From assembly GCA_963725705.1 (NCBI GenBank), contig CAVRZJ010000011.1, forward strand, positions 63,862-95,861: 32,000 nucleotides of DNA. Reading direction: 5' to 3'. The notes under the pieces were generated by a model. It ran no database searches, was not told the origin of the DNA, and saw only the letters and a list, made by a program, of their open reading frames with translations. The position numbers and the translations under genes are program-made. This document shows, piece by piece, positions 8,926-18,876 of this stretch. Within the stretch, counting starts at the first letter, position 1; each line of letters starts with the position of its first letter. Origin of the DNA: an uncultured Acidobacteriota bacterium. Its GTDB lineage: Bacteria; Acidobacteriota; Thermoanaerobaculia; Thermoanaerobaculales; Thermoanaerobaculaceae.

Positions 8926-9876
8926 ATGGCGCTCGATCGCCGCTCCTTCATCAAGACCGTCGCCGTGGGTAGCGTCGCCGCGGCTGGCACGGCTCTCCCC
9001 GCCGCCGCCAATGAGCTTCCAGTCGCGCCCGAAGGCGCAATGGGGATGCTCTACGACGCCACGCTGTGCATCGGCTGCAAGACGTGTGTCGTCGCGTGCA
9101 AGGAGGCGAACGACCTCGAGCCCGAACCCGGGCCGTGGGGTGACGAGCACCTCTACGACGCTCCTCTCGACCTCGACGCTAATACCAAGAACATCATCAA
9201 GCTGTACCGCGAGGGTGACTCGTACTCGTACATGAAACAGCAATGCATGCACTGCGTCGATCCTGCCTGCGCGGCGGCATGCATGCTGCACTCGTTACAG
9301 AAGGACCCGGTGACGGGCGTGGTCGGCTACGACCCGCAGTACTGCGTTGGCTGCCGCTACTGCCAGATGTCGTGCCCGTTCAACGTGCCGAAGTTCGAGT
9401 TCGCCAAGGCCGCTCCCAAGATCGTCAAGTGTGAGCTGTGCCGCCATCGCGTCAAGGATGCTGCCGTCAAAGGCCCCGACGGGTTCACCCGCTACCCCAA
9501 GGGTCAAGGTCAGGCGTGCTGCGAGGTGTGCCCGCGCGGTGCGGTGATCTCGGGCCGCCGCGACGAGCTGCTCGCCGAAGCGAAGCGCCGTATAGCGGCC
9601 TCGCCAGGGAAGTACTTCGAGGACCGGGTCTACGGTGAGAACGACGGTGGTGGAACGCAGGTAGCGTACTTGTTGCACGTGCCGTTCGAGGACGTGGGGC
9701 TGCCCAAGCTCGGTACCGAGGGTGTGCCCCGGATGGCCTACGCGGTGCAGGATGGGATCTATTACAGGATCCCGTTCGCGGCTCCCATCGGCATGTTCGC
9801 CGTCCTCGCGGCGGTGATCTACCGCAACAAGCGCGCCGAGCAGGTGCAAGGCAAGGAAGGGGGGGCGAAGCGATGA
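8926..9876 (+). CDS. hybA: Hydrogenase-2-type ferredoxin-like Fe-S subunit (HybA), Tat signal, C-terminal anchor
   Basis: MALDRRSFIK twin-arginine motif. Four Cys clusters (CIGCKTCVVAC, CMHCVDPACAAAC, CVGCRYCQMSCP, CELCRHR...CCEVCP). C-terminal hydrophobic helix. Starts 1 nt after the hybO stop. Confidence 0.9.
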   Translation: MALDRRSFIKTVAVGSVAAAGTALPAAANELPVAPEGAMGMLYDATLCIGCKTCVVACKEANDLEPEPGPWGDEHLYDAPLDLDANTKNIIKLYREGDSYSYMKQQCMHCVDPACAAACMLHSLQKDPVTGVVGYDPQYCVGCRYCQMSCPFNVPKFEFAKAAPKIVKCELCRHRVKDAAVKGPDGFTRYPKGQGQACCEVCPRGAVISGRRDELLAEAKRRIAASPGKYFEDRVYGENDGGGTQVAYLLHVPFEDVGLPKLGTEGVPRMAYAVQDGIYYRIPFAAPIGMFAVLAAVIYRNKRAEQVQGKEGGAKR

Positions 9877-11057
9877 GCCACCAGGAAGCTGTGCACGCCC
9901 CCGTGGGCGGTCGTCTCCTGACTCGCCCTTTCATGATCCTACTGGCTTTCGCCGCCGTCGGCGCGGTCGTTGCCGTGTACCGGTTCGTCAATGGCATCGG
10001 TTCGGTATCCAACCTCTCCAACGGCTACCCGTGGGGCGTCTGGATCGCCATCGACGTCGTCGTCGGTACCGCCATCGGCTGTGGCGGTTACGCCGTCGGC
10101 CTGCTCGTCTACATCCTCAACAAGGGCCAGTACCACCCGCTGGTGCGCGCGGCCGTGCTGACGAGCCTGCTCGGCTACGGGCTCGCCGTGATCGCCGTGG
10201 TGATCGACCTGGGCCGCTTCTGGAGCCTGTGGAAGGTCCCGATCTACGTCTGGCGCTGGTCGCACTCGCCGCAGCTCGAGGTTGCATTGTGCGTTGCGGC
10301 CTACACGATGGTGCTCGTGATCGAGCTCTCTCCGGCGCTGTTCGAGAAGCTGCGCTCGGGTGCCGCCAGCGGCACCAAGCGCTTCGCCGAGGGTGCGCTC
10401 CGCTTCCTGGAGAAGAACTTCTTTTGGATCCTGGCGCTCGGCCTGCTGCTGCCGACCATGCACCAGTCGTCACTGGGGACGATGATGCTGCTCCCCGGCC
10501 CCAAGGTGCATCCGCTCTGGTCGACGCCGTGGCTGCCGCTGCTGTTTCTGGTCAACTGCATCATCATCGGCTTCGCGGTCGTCACGCTCGAGGTGTCGTT
10601 CTCGGCAAAGGCGTTCCGCCGACCGCGCGAGACCAGGATGCTGGCCGCGGTTCTTCAGGTGGCGGCATGGGTGGCCCTGGGTTGGGTGGCGTTCCGCTTC
10701 GTCGTCGTCGCTCTGAGCGGCAAGCTCGGCTACCTCGCGAGCGGCTACGGGGTGGCGTTTCTCGTCGAGGTGGGCTTGCTGGTGGTCGCTGGCGCGATGC
10801 TCCTCTCGGAGGAACGCCGCAATCAGCCCGTGTGGCAGGTTCGCGCCGCGATCCTCATGCTTCTGGGCGGGATCGTACACCGCGTCAACACCTACCTCGT
10901 CGCCTTCCGTCCGGGATCGAACTTCTCCTACTTCCCGGCAGTGCCCGAGCTCCTGATCACCTTTGGGATCATCGCCGCCGAAGTGGCGATCTATATCGCC
11001 GTAGTCAAGACGCTACCCATCCTTCAGGGCCCGCCGCCCGCGAAGTTCACGGCATAA
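9873..11057 (+). CDS. hybB: Integral membrane quinone-interacting subunit, HybB/NrfD family
   Basis: 394-aa polytopic membrane ORF with an ATGA overlap on hybA. The position between hybA and the large subunit is as in the E. coli hyb operon. GYPWGVWIAIDVVVGTAIGCGGY is NrfD/HybB-like. Confidence 0.85.
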   Translation: MSHQEAVHAPVGGRLLTRPFMILLAFAAVGAVVAVYRFVNGIGSVSNLSNGYPWGVWIAIDVVVGTAIGCGGYAVGLLVYILNKGQYHPLVRAAVLTSLLGYGLAVIAVVIDLGRFWSLWKVPIYVWRWSHSPQLEVALCVAAYTMVLVIELSPALFEKLRSGAASGTKRFAEGALRFLEKNFFWILALGLLLPTMHQSSLGTMMLLPGPKVHPLWSTPWLPLLFLVNCIIIGFAVVTLEVSFSAKAFRRPRETRMLAAVLQVAAWVALGWVAFRFVVVALSGKLGYLASGYGVAFLVEVGLLVVAGAMLLSEERRNQPVWQVRAAILMLLGGIVHRVNTYLVAFRPGSNFSYFPAVPELLITFGIIAAEVAIYIAVVKTLPILQGPPPAKFTA

Positions 11058-11068
11058 GGGGGAGACGC

Positions 11069-12769
11069 ATGAGCAAGCGAATCACCATCGACCCGATCAC
11101 TCGCATCGAGGGCCATCTCCGTATCGACGTCGAGGTGGATGGCGGCAAGGTGCGCAACTCCTGGTCGTCGGGCCAGATGTTCCGCGGTATCGAGCGCATC
11201 TTGCAGGGACGCGACCCGCGCGATGCGTGGCTGTTCACCCAGCGGTTCTGCGGCGTGTGCACGACCGTGCACGCGATCGCCTCGGTGCGTGCGGTCGAGA
11301 ACGCCCTCAACATCGAGGTGCCGCTCAACGCCCAGCTCATCCGCAACGTCATCCTCGCCGCCCACGGGATGCACGACCACATCGTCCACTTCTACCACCT
11401 CGCCGCGCTCGATTGGGTGGACGTCGTCTCGGCGCTCAAAGCCGACCCGGCGAAGACTTCCCAACTCGCCGAGAGCCTCTCCGAGTGGCCGCGGAACTCC
11501 ACGCGCGAGCTCGCTGCGGTCAAGGCGAAGCTGGCGGCGTTCGTCGAGCGCGGCCAGCTCGGACCGTTCACCAACGGGTACTGGGGCCACCCGGCGATGA
11601 AGCTCTCCCCCGAGGTGAACCTTCTCGCCGTCTCCCACTACCTGCAGGCGCTCGAGTACCAGCAGATCGCCAACAAGGTGGTCGCGATCCTCGGCAGCAA
11701 GACACCGAACATCCAGAACCTCGCGGTCGGCGGCGTCGCCAACGCCATCAACCTCGACAACTCGTCCACCCTGAACATGCAGAAGCTTTACATGATCAAG
11801 GACCTGCTCGACGGCGTGACCGCGTTCGTGCAGCAGGCAATGATGGTCGACGTGGCTGCGGTCGGAGCGATGTACGCCGACTGGTTGGGGTACGGATCGG
11901 GCGTGACCAACTACCTGGCCGTTCCCGACCTGCCGCTCGACACCGCGGGAACGCAGTTCGACCTGCCGGGCGGGACGATCTTCGACGGTGACCTGTCGAC
12001 GCTCAAGCCGATCACCAGCTTCAAGGATCCGTACTTCCGCGACAACGTCACGGAAGCAATCGCGCACTCCTGGTACGACGGCGACTGGAACAAGCACCCG
12101 TGGGAAGAGGACACGGTGCCGAAGTACACGGAGTTCCAGGACGACGGCAAATACACGTGGGTCAAGGCGCCACGCTTCCAGGGCCGGCCGATGCAGGTCG
12201 GGCCGCTGGCGCAGGTCCTCGTGGCGTACGGGTCGGGCCACCCGATCGTCAAGAAGTGGGCGGACTGGACGCTCAACACCGCGGGTGCCGTTGCCGGAGT
12301 GAAGCTGACGCCCAAGGTGCTGCACTCGACACTCGGCCGCATCGCCGCCCGGGCGATCCGCTGCGCGACGTTCTCGGAGCTCGGCCTCAAGCATTGGGGG
12401 CTTCTCGTCGAGAACATCGCCAAGGGCGATACCGCGATCTTCACGCCGTGGGAGTATCCCAAGGGCGAGCAGCGCGGGTTCGGGTTCCACGAGGCACCGC
12501 GCGGGGCGCTCTCGCACTGGGTGGTGATCCGTGACGGAAAGATCGCCAACTACCAGGCGGTCGTCCCATCGACGTGGAATGCGGGGCCGCGCGACGAGAA
12601 GGGCCAAAAGGGGCCGTACGAGGCGTCCTTGATCGGCAATCCGATCGCTGATCCCGAGCGGCCGCTCGAGGTGCTGCGCACGATCCACTCGTTCGACCCG
12701 TGCCTGGCCTGTGCCATCCACGCCCACGACGCCGAGGGAAAGGAGCTGGCGAAGGTTCGGGTCCTGTAG
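11069..12769 (+). CDS. hybC: Uptake [NiFe]-hydrogenase large subunit (group 1, Hyb-type)
   Basis: ITIDPITRIEGHLRI, QRFCGVCTTVH (N-terminal Ni/Fe Cys pair), HEAPRGALSHW, and SFDPCLACAIH followed by a 15-aa extension (AHDAEGKELAKVRVL) typical of the protease-cleaved tail. AAGGGGGA RBS. The 912-aa track ORF includes an out-of-frame overlap with hybB. Confidence 0.95.
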   Translation: MSKRITIDPITRIEGHLRIDVEVDGGKVRNSWSSGQMFRGIERILQGRDPRDAWLFTQRFCGVCTTVHAIASVRAVENALNIEVPLNAQLIRNVILAAHGMHDHIVHFYHLAALDWVDVVSALKADPAKTSQLAESLSEWPRNSTRELAAVKAKLAAFVERGQLGPFTNGYWGHPAMKLSPEVNLLAVSHYLQALEYQQIANKVVAILGSKTPNIQNLAVGGVANAINLDNSSTLNMQKLYMIKDLLDGVTAFVQQAMMVDVAAVGAMYADWLGYGSGVTNYLAVPDLPLDTAGTQFDLPGGTIFDGDLSTLKPITSFKDPYFRDNVTEAIAHSWYDGDWNKHPWEEDTVPKYTEFQDDGKYTWVKAPRFQGRPMQVGPLAQVLVAYGSGHPIVKKWADWTLNTAGAVAGVKLTPKVLHSTLGRIAARAIRCATFSELGLKHWGLLVENIAKGDTAIFTPWEYPKGEQRGFGFHEAPRGALSHWVVIRDGKIANYQAVVPSTWNAGPRDEKGQKGPYEASLIGNPIADPERPLEVLRTIHSFDPCLACAIHAHDAEGKELAKVRVL

Positions 12770-13327
12770 ATGAGCCGCGGCGAACCGGGCGGGACAGGAG
12801 CCGCCGCGCGGGTAGCGATTCTCGGCCTCGGCAACGTGCTCCAGGGTGACGACGCCCTCGGCCCGTACGTGGTCGCGATGCTGAGTGCAAGGTACGTGTT
12901 CCCGGAGGGGGTGTCGGTGCTCGACGTCGGCACCCCCGGCCTCGACCTCACTCCCTACATCGCCGGCCTCGACGCGCTGATCGTCATCGACGCCGTGCGC
13001 GCAGCCGGCGCTCCCGGCGAGCTGCGTTCCTATCGCCGCGCCGAGCTGCTCGAGAAGCCGCCGCCGCAGCGGTTGTCGCCACACGACCCCGGGCTCAAGG
13101 AGTGTCTGCTCGCCCTCGAGCTGATCTCCCAGTCGCCCCCCGAGGTGATGCTGGTAGGCGCGATCACGGAAAGCGTGGACACGGCGGTCGGGCTCAGCGC
13201 CGCGGTGCGAGCCGGGCTGCCCGCGGTGGAGGCGGCCGTGCTCGCCGAGCTCGACCGTCTCGGCCTGCCGGCGCGGGCGAAGGCCCAGCCCGGCGAGCCG
13301 GACCTGTGGTGGGAGAAGCGCCCATGA
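12770..13327 (+). CDS. hybD: Hydrogenase maturation endopeptidase (HybD/HyaD family)
   Basis: VAILGLGNVLQGDDALGPYV, LIVIDAV and SPHDPGL motifs. Starts immediately after the large-subunit TAG. Confidence 0.88.
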   Translation: MSRGEPGGTGAAARVAILGLGNVLQGDDALGPYVVAMLSARYVFPEGVSVLDVGTPGLDLTPYIAGLDALIVIDAVRAAGAPGELRSYRRAELLEKPPPQRLSPHDPGLKECLLALELISQSPPEVMLVGAITESVDTAVGLSAAVRAGLPAVEAAVLAELDRLGLPARAKAQPGEPDLWWEKRP

Positions 13328-13722
13328 AGCTCCGCCTCGAAACCATCGAGCGCTGGCTGGTGGCACTGATCACGGCGCACACGCTGGGTGTCGGATCGAT
13401 GCTGCTGTTCGCGCCCGCGTGGTCGTGCACCGTCTTCGGCGGCTGGACGACGCTGGGGCCGTTGTTCTTCCCGCGTCAGGCGGGGATCTTCCACTTCGTC
13501 CTTGCGTTTGCCTACCTCTACGAGTACAGCCGGTACCGCAACGTCGCCGTCATGGTGGTGGCCAAGGGGCTCGCTCTGGTGTTCCTGCTGTCGTGCAGCA
13601 TTCTCGACGGGGTCCCGTGGGTGGTGCCGTTCTCCGGGATCACCGACGGGATGATGGGAGCGACGATCCTGCTGGTCCACCGGCGAGTGCGGAAGACGGG
13701 CGGCGCGGGCTCGAGAGGGTAG
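13324..13722 (+). CDS. Uncharacterised small integral membrane protein (about 4 TM) translationally coupled to hybD
   Basis: ATGA overlap with the hybD stop. 132 aa with hydrophobic helices (WLVALITAHTLGVGSMLLFAP, IFHFVLAFAYLY, VAVMVVAKGLALVFLLS, GMMGATILLV). I do not recognise any family. Confidence 0.6.
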   Translation: MKLRLETIERWLVALITAHTLGVGSMLLFAPAWSCTVFGGWTTLGPLFFPRQAGIFHFVLAFAYLYEYSRYRNVAVMVVAKGLALVFLLSCSILDGVPWVVPFSGITDGMMGATILLVHRRVRKTGGAGSRG

Positions 13723-13761
13723 AGGTCGAGGCGGGATCGGCAGGTTCCTCGCCGTCGACCC

Positions 13762-15303
13762 TCACGTGTCGCCGCCAGCCTCGGGGTGGTGCATCGTCGC
13801 GGCGAGGGCGCCCTGCTCGTAGACCTCCTGCACCTGGTCGATGCCGAACTGGACCGTCGTCGTGATGTAGTCGTGCATCGCCGTCTGCAGCCCTTCGGAC
13901 TCCGGATCGCGGCGCAGCACCTCGAGGCAGACCTCGTTGAGCGTCTCGAGCACGCCGCACAGCTCGGACTCGAGGACGCCCTGCTGCAGCCGGTGCTGGG
14001 CGAGATCCCGGCAGTAGGTCATGAACACCGCCTTCTCGCGGGTGCGCACGGCGTCCATCAGTCGCTGGATCACCAGACGATGGTGCCACTGGTGCTCGCC
14101 CAGGCTGAACTCCTGGTATGACGGGAATCGCTCCTGGCCCTCGGGTCCCAGCATGCGCGCGGTGAACAGCTCGCGGATCACCGCCTCGTGGTGCTCGAGA
14201 AGCGCGTAGATGCGGAGGAACGCCCGCAAGCGCACCTGCTTGAGCGCGGCCTGGTTGCGCTTGTTCCACTCGAGCGGGTCGGTCTTGAAGTTCTCGATAA
14301 GGAACGGCATCCGCCGCACGATGTGGAGGCGCGGCACCGGGCTCCATCCCAGCCGCTGCCGGGTGCGGCTGGCGTCGACGGACAGGCTGAGATCGATGTA
14401 GCGGGCCATCCAGGTGCGTTCGAACGGACGCGAGCCGAGCAGCCGGCCAGCGACGTCGCGCACCCACATCCCCGGGCCGCACAGCAGCTTCGGCATCATG
14501 AACGGTCGCCGCCGGTAGCCGAAATAGGAGAGCGTCGCCGCCTCGAACAGCTCGCGGTGGTTGACCGCGCCGTCTGGACTCGCGATCACGATCTCGCCGG
14601 GCGGCACCTGGTCGAGGCGGTCGAGGAGGACGCGGAGGAAGCTGACCACCTCGCGGATGTGCAGGTACGGGATGGCCGAGAGCCCCTTGCCTCCGAGCAG
14701 CCGGGCGTTCCAGGCCGGTGACAGCCAGGTGCCGAGGAAGAAGAACAGCGGCGCGTACTCGCACCAGTCCGAGAACAACGCGGCGAAGCGGATGATGGTG
14801 GTCTTGAAGTAGTCGCGATACTCCGCCAGCATCTCCTCGCCGATGCGCTTGGTGATCGAGTAGAGGTGCTCGCCATCGGGAGGGCTCGTCTCGGTGAGGG
14901 CGCCGCCCGGAGGCGGGTAGGCGCACGCCGCAACCGAGCTTGCGAAGATGAAGTGCTTCGGCTTCAAGCTGATGCAGCAGAGATCAAGTACGTTGCGCAG
15001 GCCGTTGACGTTCGTCCTCCAGTACTCCGGGTGCTCGTCGCCAGTGAAGTCGTAGTGTGCCGCCAGGTGAATCACGATGTCGATGCCGCCGCCCTCCGCG
15101 ACCAACCGGAAGACGGCAGCCAGAGGCTCCCGGTCGCCGATGTCGACCTGGAACCAGGAGATGTTGGAGTGGATGGGAGCGCCGCAATGGGCCTGGGAAC
15201 GCCGCGCCATGGCGACGATCTGATAGTGGTCCTTGAGCGCGTCGAGGAGGTTGCGGCCGATGAACCCGGAGGCGCCGGTCACGAGGATGCGCGGCAGGAC
15301 CAT
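13762..15303 (-). CDS. Extended SDR NAD-dependent epimerase/dehydratase fused to an about 180-aa C-terminal helical domain of unknown function
   Basis: ILVTGASGFIGRNL Rossmann motif and catalytic YSITK (YxxxK). GGTGGAG RBS. C-terminal residues about 335-513 are helix-rich with no SDR counterpart. Confidence 0.85.
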   Translation of the reverse strand: MVLPRILVTGASGFIGRNLLDALKDHYQIVAMARRSQAHCGAPIHSNISWFQVDIGDREPLAAVFRLVAEGGGIDIVIHLAAHYDFTGDEHPEYWRTNVNGLRNVLDLCCISLKPKHFIFASSVAACAYPPPGGALTETSPPDGEHLYSITKRIGEEMLAEYRDYFKTTIIRFAALFSDWCEYAPLFFFLGTWLSPAWNARLLGGKGLSAIPYLHIREVVSFLRVLLDRLDQVPPGEIVIASPDGAVNHRELFEAATLSYFGYRRRPFMMPKLLCGPGMWVRDVAGRLLGSRPFERTWMARYIDLSLSVDASRTRQRLGWSPVPRLHIVRRMPFLIENFKTDPLEWNKRNQAALKQVRLRAFLRIYALLEHHEAVIRELFTARMLGPEGQERFPSYQEFSLGEHQWHHRLVIQRLMDAVRTREKAVFMTYCRDLAQHRLQQGVLESELCGVLETLNEVCLEVLRRDPESEGLQTAMHDYITTTVQFGIDQVQEVYEQGALAATMHHPEAGGDT

Positions 15304-15472
15304 TCTCCACCCATTCTACATTCGTTGGTCGCCGGTACGGTATCGTCTCCGTTCCTGTATCGCAGTAGATAGTCTCAACTGGCTGGCCTTCCGTGCGGGG
15401 CTGTTAAGATGCGATCCCCGGCCGCCGGCGCCAGTTGCAGCGTGCTGGCCCGGAGCCAGCGGAGGGTGATCG

Positions 15473-15847
15473 GTGCACGAGATGGGGATCGCGATGAGCA
15501 TCCTGGAGGCCTGCCGCACCGCGGTGGCGAAGCATGGCGGCGGCCGGCTCGAGGAGGTGCGGGTGGCGGTCGGGGAGCTCTCGGCGCTCGAACCCGACCT
15601 GCTGCGCTTCGCGTGGGAGGCGGTCGTCGCCGCCGGGCCGGACGCAGCCTGCCACCTCGATATCGAGTGGCGGCCGGCGCGGCAGCTCTGCGCGGGCTGC
15701 GGCGAGGAGAAGGCACGCGCCGCCGGGTCGTGGCTGCGCCTGTGCCCTGATTGCGGCCAACCGCTGCAGATCGTTGGTGGCGACGAGCTCGACATCCTGC
15801 ACGTTTCCTTCGTGAGCTATGATGCCGAAGGGGGCGGTGAGGCGTGA
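15473..15847 (+). CDS. hypA: Hydrogenase nickel-insertion protein HypA
   Basis: GTG start giving the N-terminal MHE nickel motif. Zinc site CAGCG...CPDCG. GGAGGG RBS. Confidence 0.9.
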   Translation: MHEMGIAMSILEACRTAVAKHGGGRLEEVRVAVGELSALEPDLLRFAWEAVVAAGPDAACHLDIEWRPARQLCAGCGEEKARAAGSWLRLCPDCGQPLQIVGGDELDILHVSFVSYDAEGGGEA

Positions 15848-16512
15848 CCGAGATCGACGTCAAGCAGCGCATCCTCGCGGCCAACGAGGCCGCCGCTGCC
15901 GGGGTGCGCTCGCGCTATCGCGCCGATGGCACGCTGGTGATCAACCTCATCTCGTCGCCCGGCTCGGGCAAGACGACGCTGCTCGAGAAGACGGTCGCAC
16001 GACTCGGCGCGCGCCTGCGTCTTGCCGCGATCGAGGGGGACATCGCCACGGAGCGCGACGCGGACCGGCTGCGCGCGACCGGCATCCCGGCCCGGCAGAT
16101 CCTCACCGGCGGCGCCTGTCACCTCGACGCCCGCCAGGTGCAGAACGCCCTCGACGACGCGCTCTTCCCACCGCTCGACGTGCTGCTCATCGAGAACGTC
16201 GGCAACCTGATCTGCCCGACCTCCTACGACCTCGGCGAGGACCTCAAGGTCGCCCTGCTCTCGGTCGCCGAGGGGGACGACAAGCCGTTCAAGTACCCGG
16301 CGATCTTCTCGCGGGCGCGGGTGACGGTCGTCACCAAGGCGGACCTGCTGCCCCACGTGACGTTCGACCTCGCGGCGGTGAAGGAGCAGGTGTCGGTGCT
16401 CAACCCGGCGGGCCGCCTGTTGGTCACCTCGGCCCGCAGCGGCGAAGGGATGGCGGAGTGGTGCGGGCTGCTGGAGGAGCTCCTCGCAGCCAAGCGAGCG
16501 GCACGAACCTGA
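15844..16512 (+). CDS. hypB: Hydrogenase nickel-incorporation GTPase HypB
   Basis: GTGA overlap with hypA. P-loop SSPGSGKTTLLEK, GGACHLDA and ENVGNLICP metal-site motifs, TKADL. Confidence 0.92.
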   Translation: MTEIDVKQRILAANEAAAAGVRSRYRADGTLVINLISSPGSGKTTLLEKTVARLGARLRLAAIEGDIATERDADRLRATGIPARQILTGGACHLDARQVQNALDDALFPPLDVLLIENVGNLICPTSYDLGEDLKVALLSVAEGDDKPFKYPAIFSRARVTVVTKADLLPHVTFDLAAVKEQVSVLNPAGRLLVTSARSGEGMAEWCGLLEELLAAKRAART

Positions 16513-18860
16513 ACGCCGCCGCCGGTCGCCTCCGCTTCCGCATCACGTGCCGTGGTGTGGTGCAGGGCGTCGGCTTCCGTCCGGCGGTCTTCCGACTCGC
16601 CAACGCACTGCACCTCGGCGGGTGGGTCTGCAATACCCCCGACGGCGTGGTCGTCGAGGTCGAGGGGGACGAGCCGTCCACCGGGCGGTTCATCGTCGGC
16701 CTGCGCCGCTCTCTGCCGCCGCTGGCGCGCCTCGACGAGCTCGGCGTTGCCGAGATCCGGCCGGTCGACGAGACCGAGTTCCACGTGCTCGCCTCGGCGG
16801 AAGGGCGCCGCCAGCGCGCTCTCGTGCCTCCGGACACGGCGCTGTGCGCCGACTGCCGGGCCGAGATGGGAAGCCCTGGCGACCGGCGCCACGCCTACCC
16901 TTTCACCACCTGCACCAACTGCGGCCCACGCTTTTCGATCGTCCGCGGCCTGCCGTACGATCGCGAACGCACGGCGATGGCGTGCTTCCCTCTCTGCCCG
17001 GCGTGCGAGCGCGAGTACACCGACCCGCGCGACCGCCGCTTCCACGCCGAGCCGGTGTGCTGCCCGGAGTGCGGGCCGCGCCTGTGGCTGCAGGACGCGC
17101 ACGGCATGGTGGCCGACCGCCAGGCGGAAGCGCTCGCCGTTGCGCGACGCGAGCTGACCGCAGGCGCAATCGTCGCGGTCAAGGCGCTCGGCGGGTTCCA
17201 GCTCGCCTGCCGGGCCGACGACCCCGTTGCAGTGGCGCGGTTGCGCGAGCGAAAGCGGCGGCCGACGAAGCCTTTCGCCGTGATGGTGCGCGACCTCGCG
17301 GTCGCCCGCCGGGTCATCGCCCTCAGACGGGAGGGTGCGGCCGCACTCGTCTCCGCGCAGGCGCCAGTCGTCCTGGCGCCGCGGCGGGAGGGGGCGCGCC
17401 TGTGCGACGGCGTGGCCCCCGGGCTGGGCGACATCGGGGTCATGCTGCCGACCGCGCCCATCCACGTCGAGCTGTTCCGCGGCGCCGGCTTCGACGCGCT
17501 GGTGATGACGTCGGGCAACGCCGGCGACGAGCCGATCTGCCGCTCCAACCGCGAGGCGCTGGCGCGTCTGGCCGGTATCGCGGACTGCTTCCTCCTCCAT
17601 GACCGCGACGTCGTGCGCCGGGTCGACGACTCGGTGGTGCGGGCGACCTCCGACGGCGTCGTGATGGTGCGGCGGGCGCGCGGTTACGTTCCCGAGCCGC
17701 TGCCGCTGCCGGTGGCGACGGACGAACCGGTGCTGGCACTTGGCGGTCACCTGCAGACGACCGCGTGCCTGACCGTCGGACGCGAGGCGTTCCCGTCGCA
17801 GCACGTCGGCGATCTCGACTCCGACGCCGGCGCGCGCGTTCCTCGCCGAAGTCGTGGCCGGCCTCGAGGAGTTCCTCGAGGTCGAGGCGGGGTCATCGTC
17901 GTCGATCGCGCACCCCGACTACGCGAGCACCTGGCTGGGCGAGCGGCTGGCCGGCGACGCGGCGCGCCGCTGCTGCGGGTGCAGCACCACGTCGCCCACG
18001 CGGCCGCGGTGCTCGCCGAGCACGGAGCCGTTTCCGACGACGGCGAGGACGGCGGTCGCGATCGCCCTCGACGGGACCGGGTGGGGACCGGACGGCACGG
18101 CCTGGGGAGGGGAGTGGCTCCTCCTCGACGGCGACCTGCGCTGGCGGCGGCAGGCGCACCTCGAGGCGATCCCGCTCGTCGGCGGCGAGAGCGCGGTACG
18201 CGAGCCGTGGCGCGTCCTGGCCGCGGCGCTGGCCCGGGAGGGTGCATCGAGCCTGCGTCGACCGGCTCCCGGTCGCGGGGCTCGTCGCCGCCGAGCGCCT
18301 GATCGCAGGTCGCTCGCCTCGCCGGTGATCACGCCTGGCCTCTCGCCGCGGGGCGGGACGGCTCTTCGAGGCGGCCGGCGCGCTTCTCGGCCTCGTCGGC
18401 CGTCAACGGCTACGGAGGGCGAAGGCCGCCGCCCGCCTCGAGGTCGCTCGCCGCGAGCCTGGCGGCGAAGCCGAAGCCTGGCCGGAGGTGGCGCTCGCGA
18501 AGCGGCGCGAACGCCGATGCTCCCGGCGCGGCGCTGCTCGCGGCGGCGGCGCGGCGGGCGGCTCGGCGGGAGAGCGATCCGGCGCGGGTCGCGCCGGGGT
18601 GTCACGCTACGTTCTGCGAGACGGCTCGCGGTCGAGCGACGCGCCGGGTGGTTCCCGGCCGGCGACCGCGGTCGTGCCTCGGCGGCGGGTGCCTGGTCAA
18701 TCGGCTGCTTCTGCGGGCGCTCTGGCGCGCGGTCTCGCGGCAGCCGGGCCTGCGCGCGTGAGGACTGCCGCGCGAGCTGCCGCCGGGCGACGGCGGGCTC
18801 TCCTACGGCCAGGCGGTCCTCGCCGCGGTGGCAGTCGCGCGGGGCGTCGAGCCGCGCTGA
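16461..18860 (+). pseudogene. hypF: Carbamoyltransferase HypF; N-terminal two thirds intact, 3' third with many frame changes
   Basis: Acylphosphatase-like RGVVQGVGFRPAVFRLA. Zn fingers CADCRAE/CTNCGPRFS and CPACEREY/CPECGPRL. YrdC-like GGFQLAC and KRRPTKPFAVM. After about 17820, conserved pieces (LEEFLEVE, LLRVQHHVAHAAAVLAEHG, AIALDGTGWGPDGTAWGGEWLL, LPPGDGGLSYGQAVLAAV) are scattered over three frames. The start (GTG 16458/16461) is approximate. Confidence 0.88.
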
Positions 18861-18876
18861 GACGGAGCGTGTCGTG

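Noticed and set aside
10031-11068. N-terminal 346 aa of the 912-aa track ORF preceding the hybC start. The 5' part of ORF 15819-18302 preceding hypF is a similar case.
   Set aside because: These are out-of-frame overlaps with hybB and hypB respectively and translate to Arg/Gly-rich junk. The conserved N-termini (MSKRITIDPITRIEGH for the large subunit, acylphosphatase motif for HypF) begin at 11069 and about 16461.
11024-13366. 780-aa ORF on the minus strand. Similar long antisense ORFs occur at 8260-9291 (-), 16224-17804 (-), 23288-25000 (-) and 28515-30707 (+).
   Set aside because: Each lies exactly opposite a gene with unmistakable family motifs (hybC/hybD, hybO/hybA, hypF, der, S45 acylase). 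Their translations are Arg/Pro/Gly/Ala-rich low-complexity strings typical of shadow ORFs in high-GC DNA, and none has a recognisable motif or RBS.
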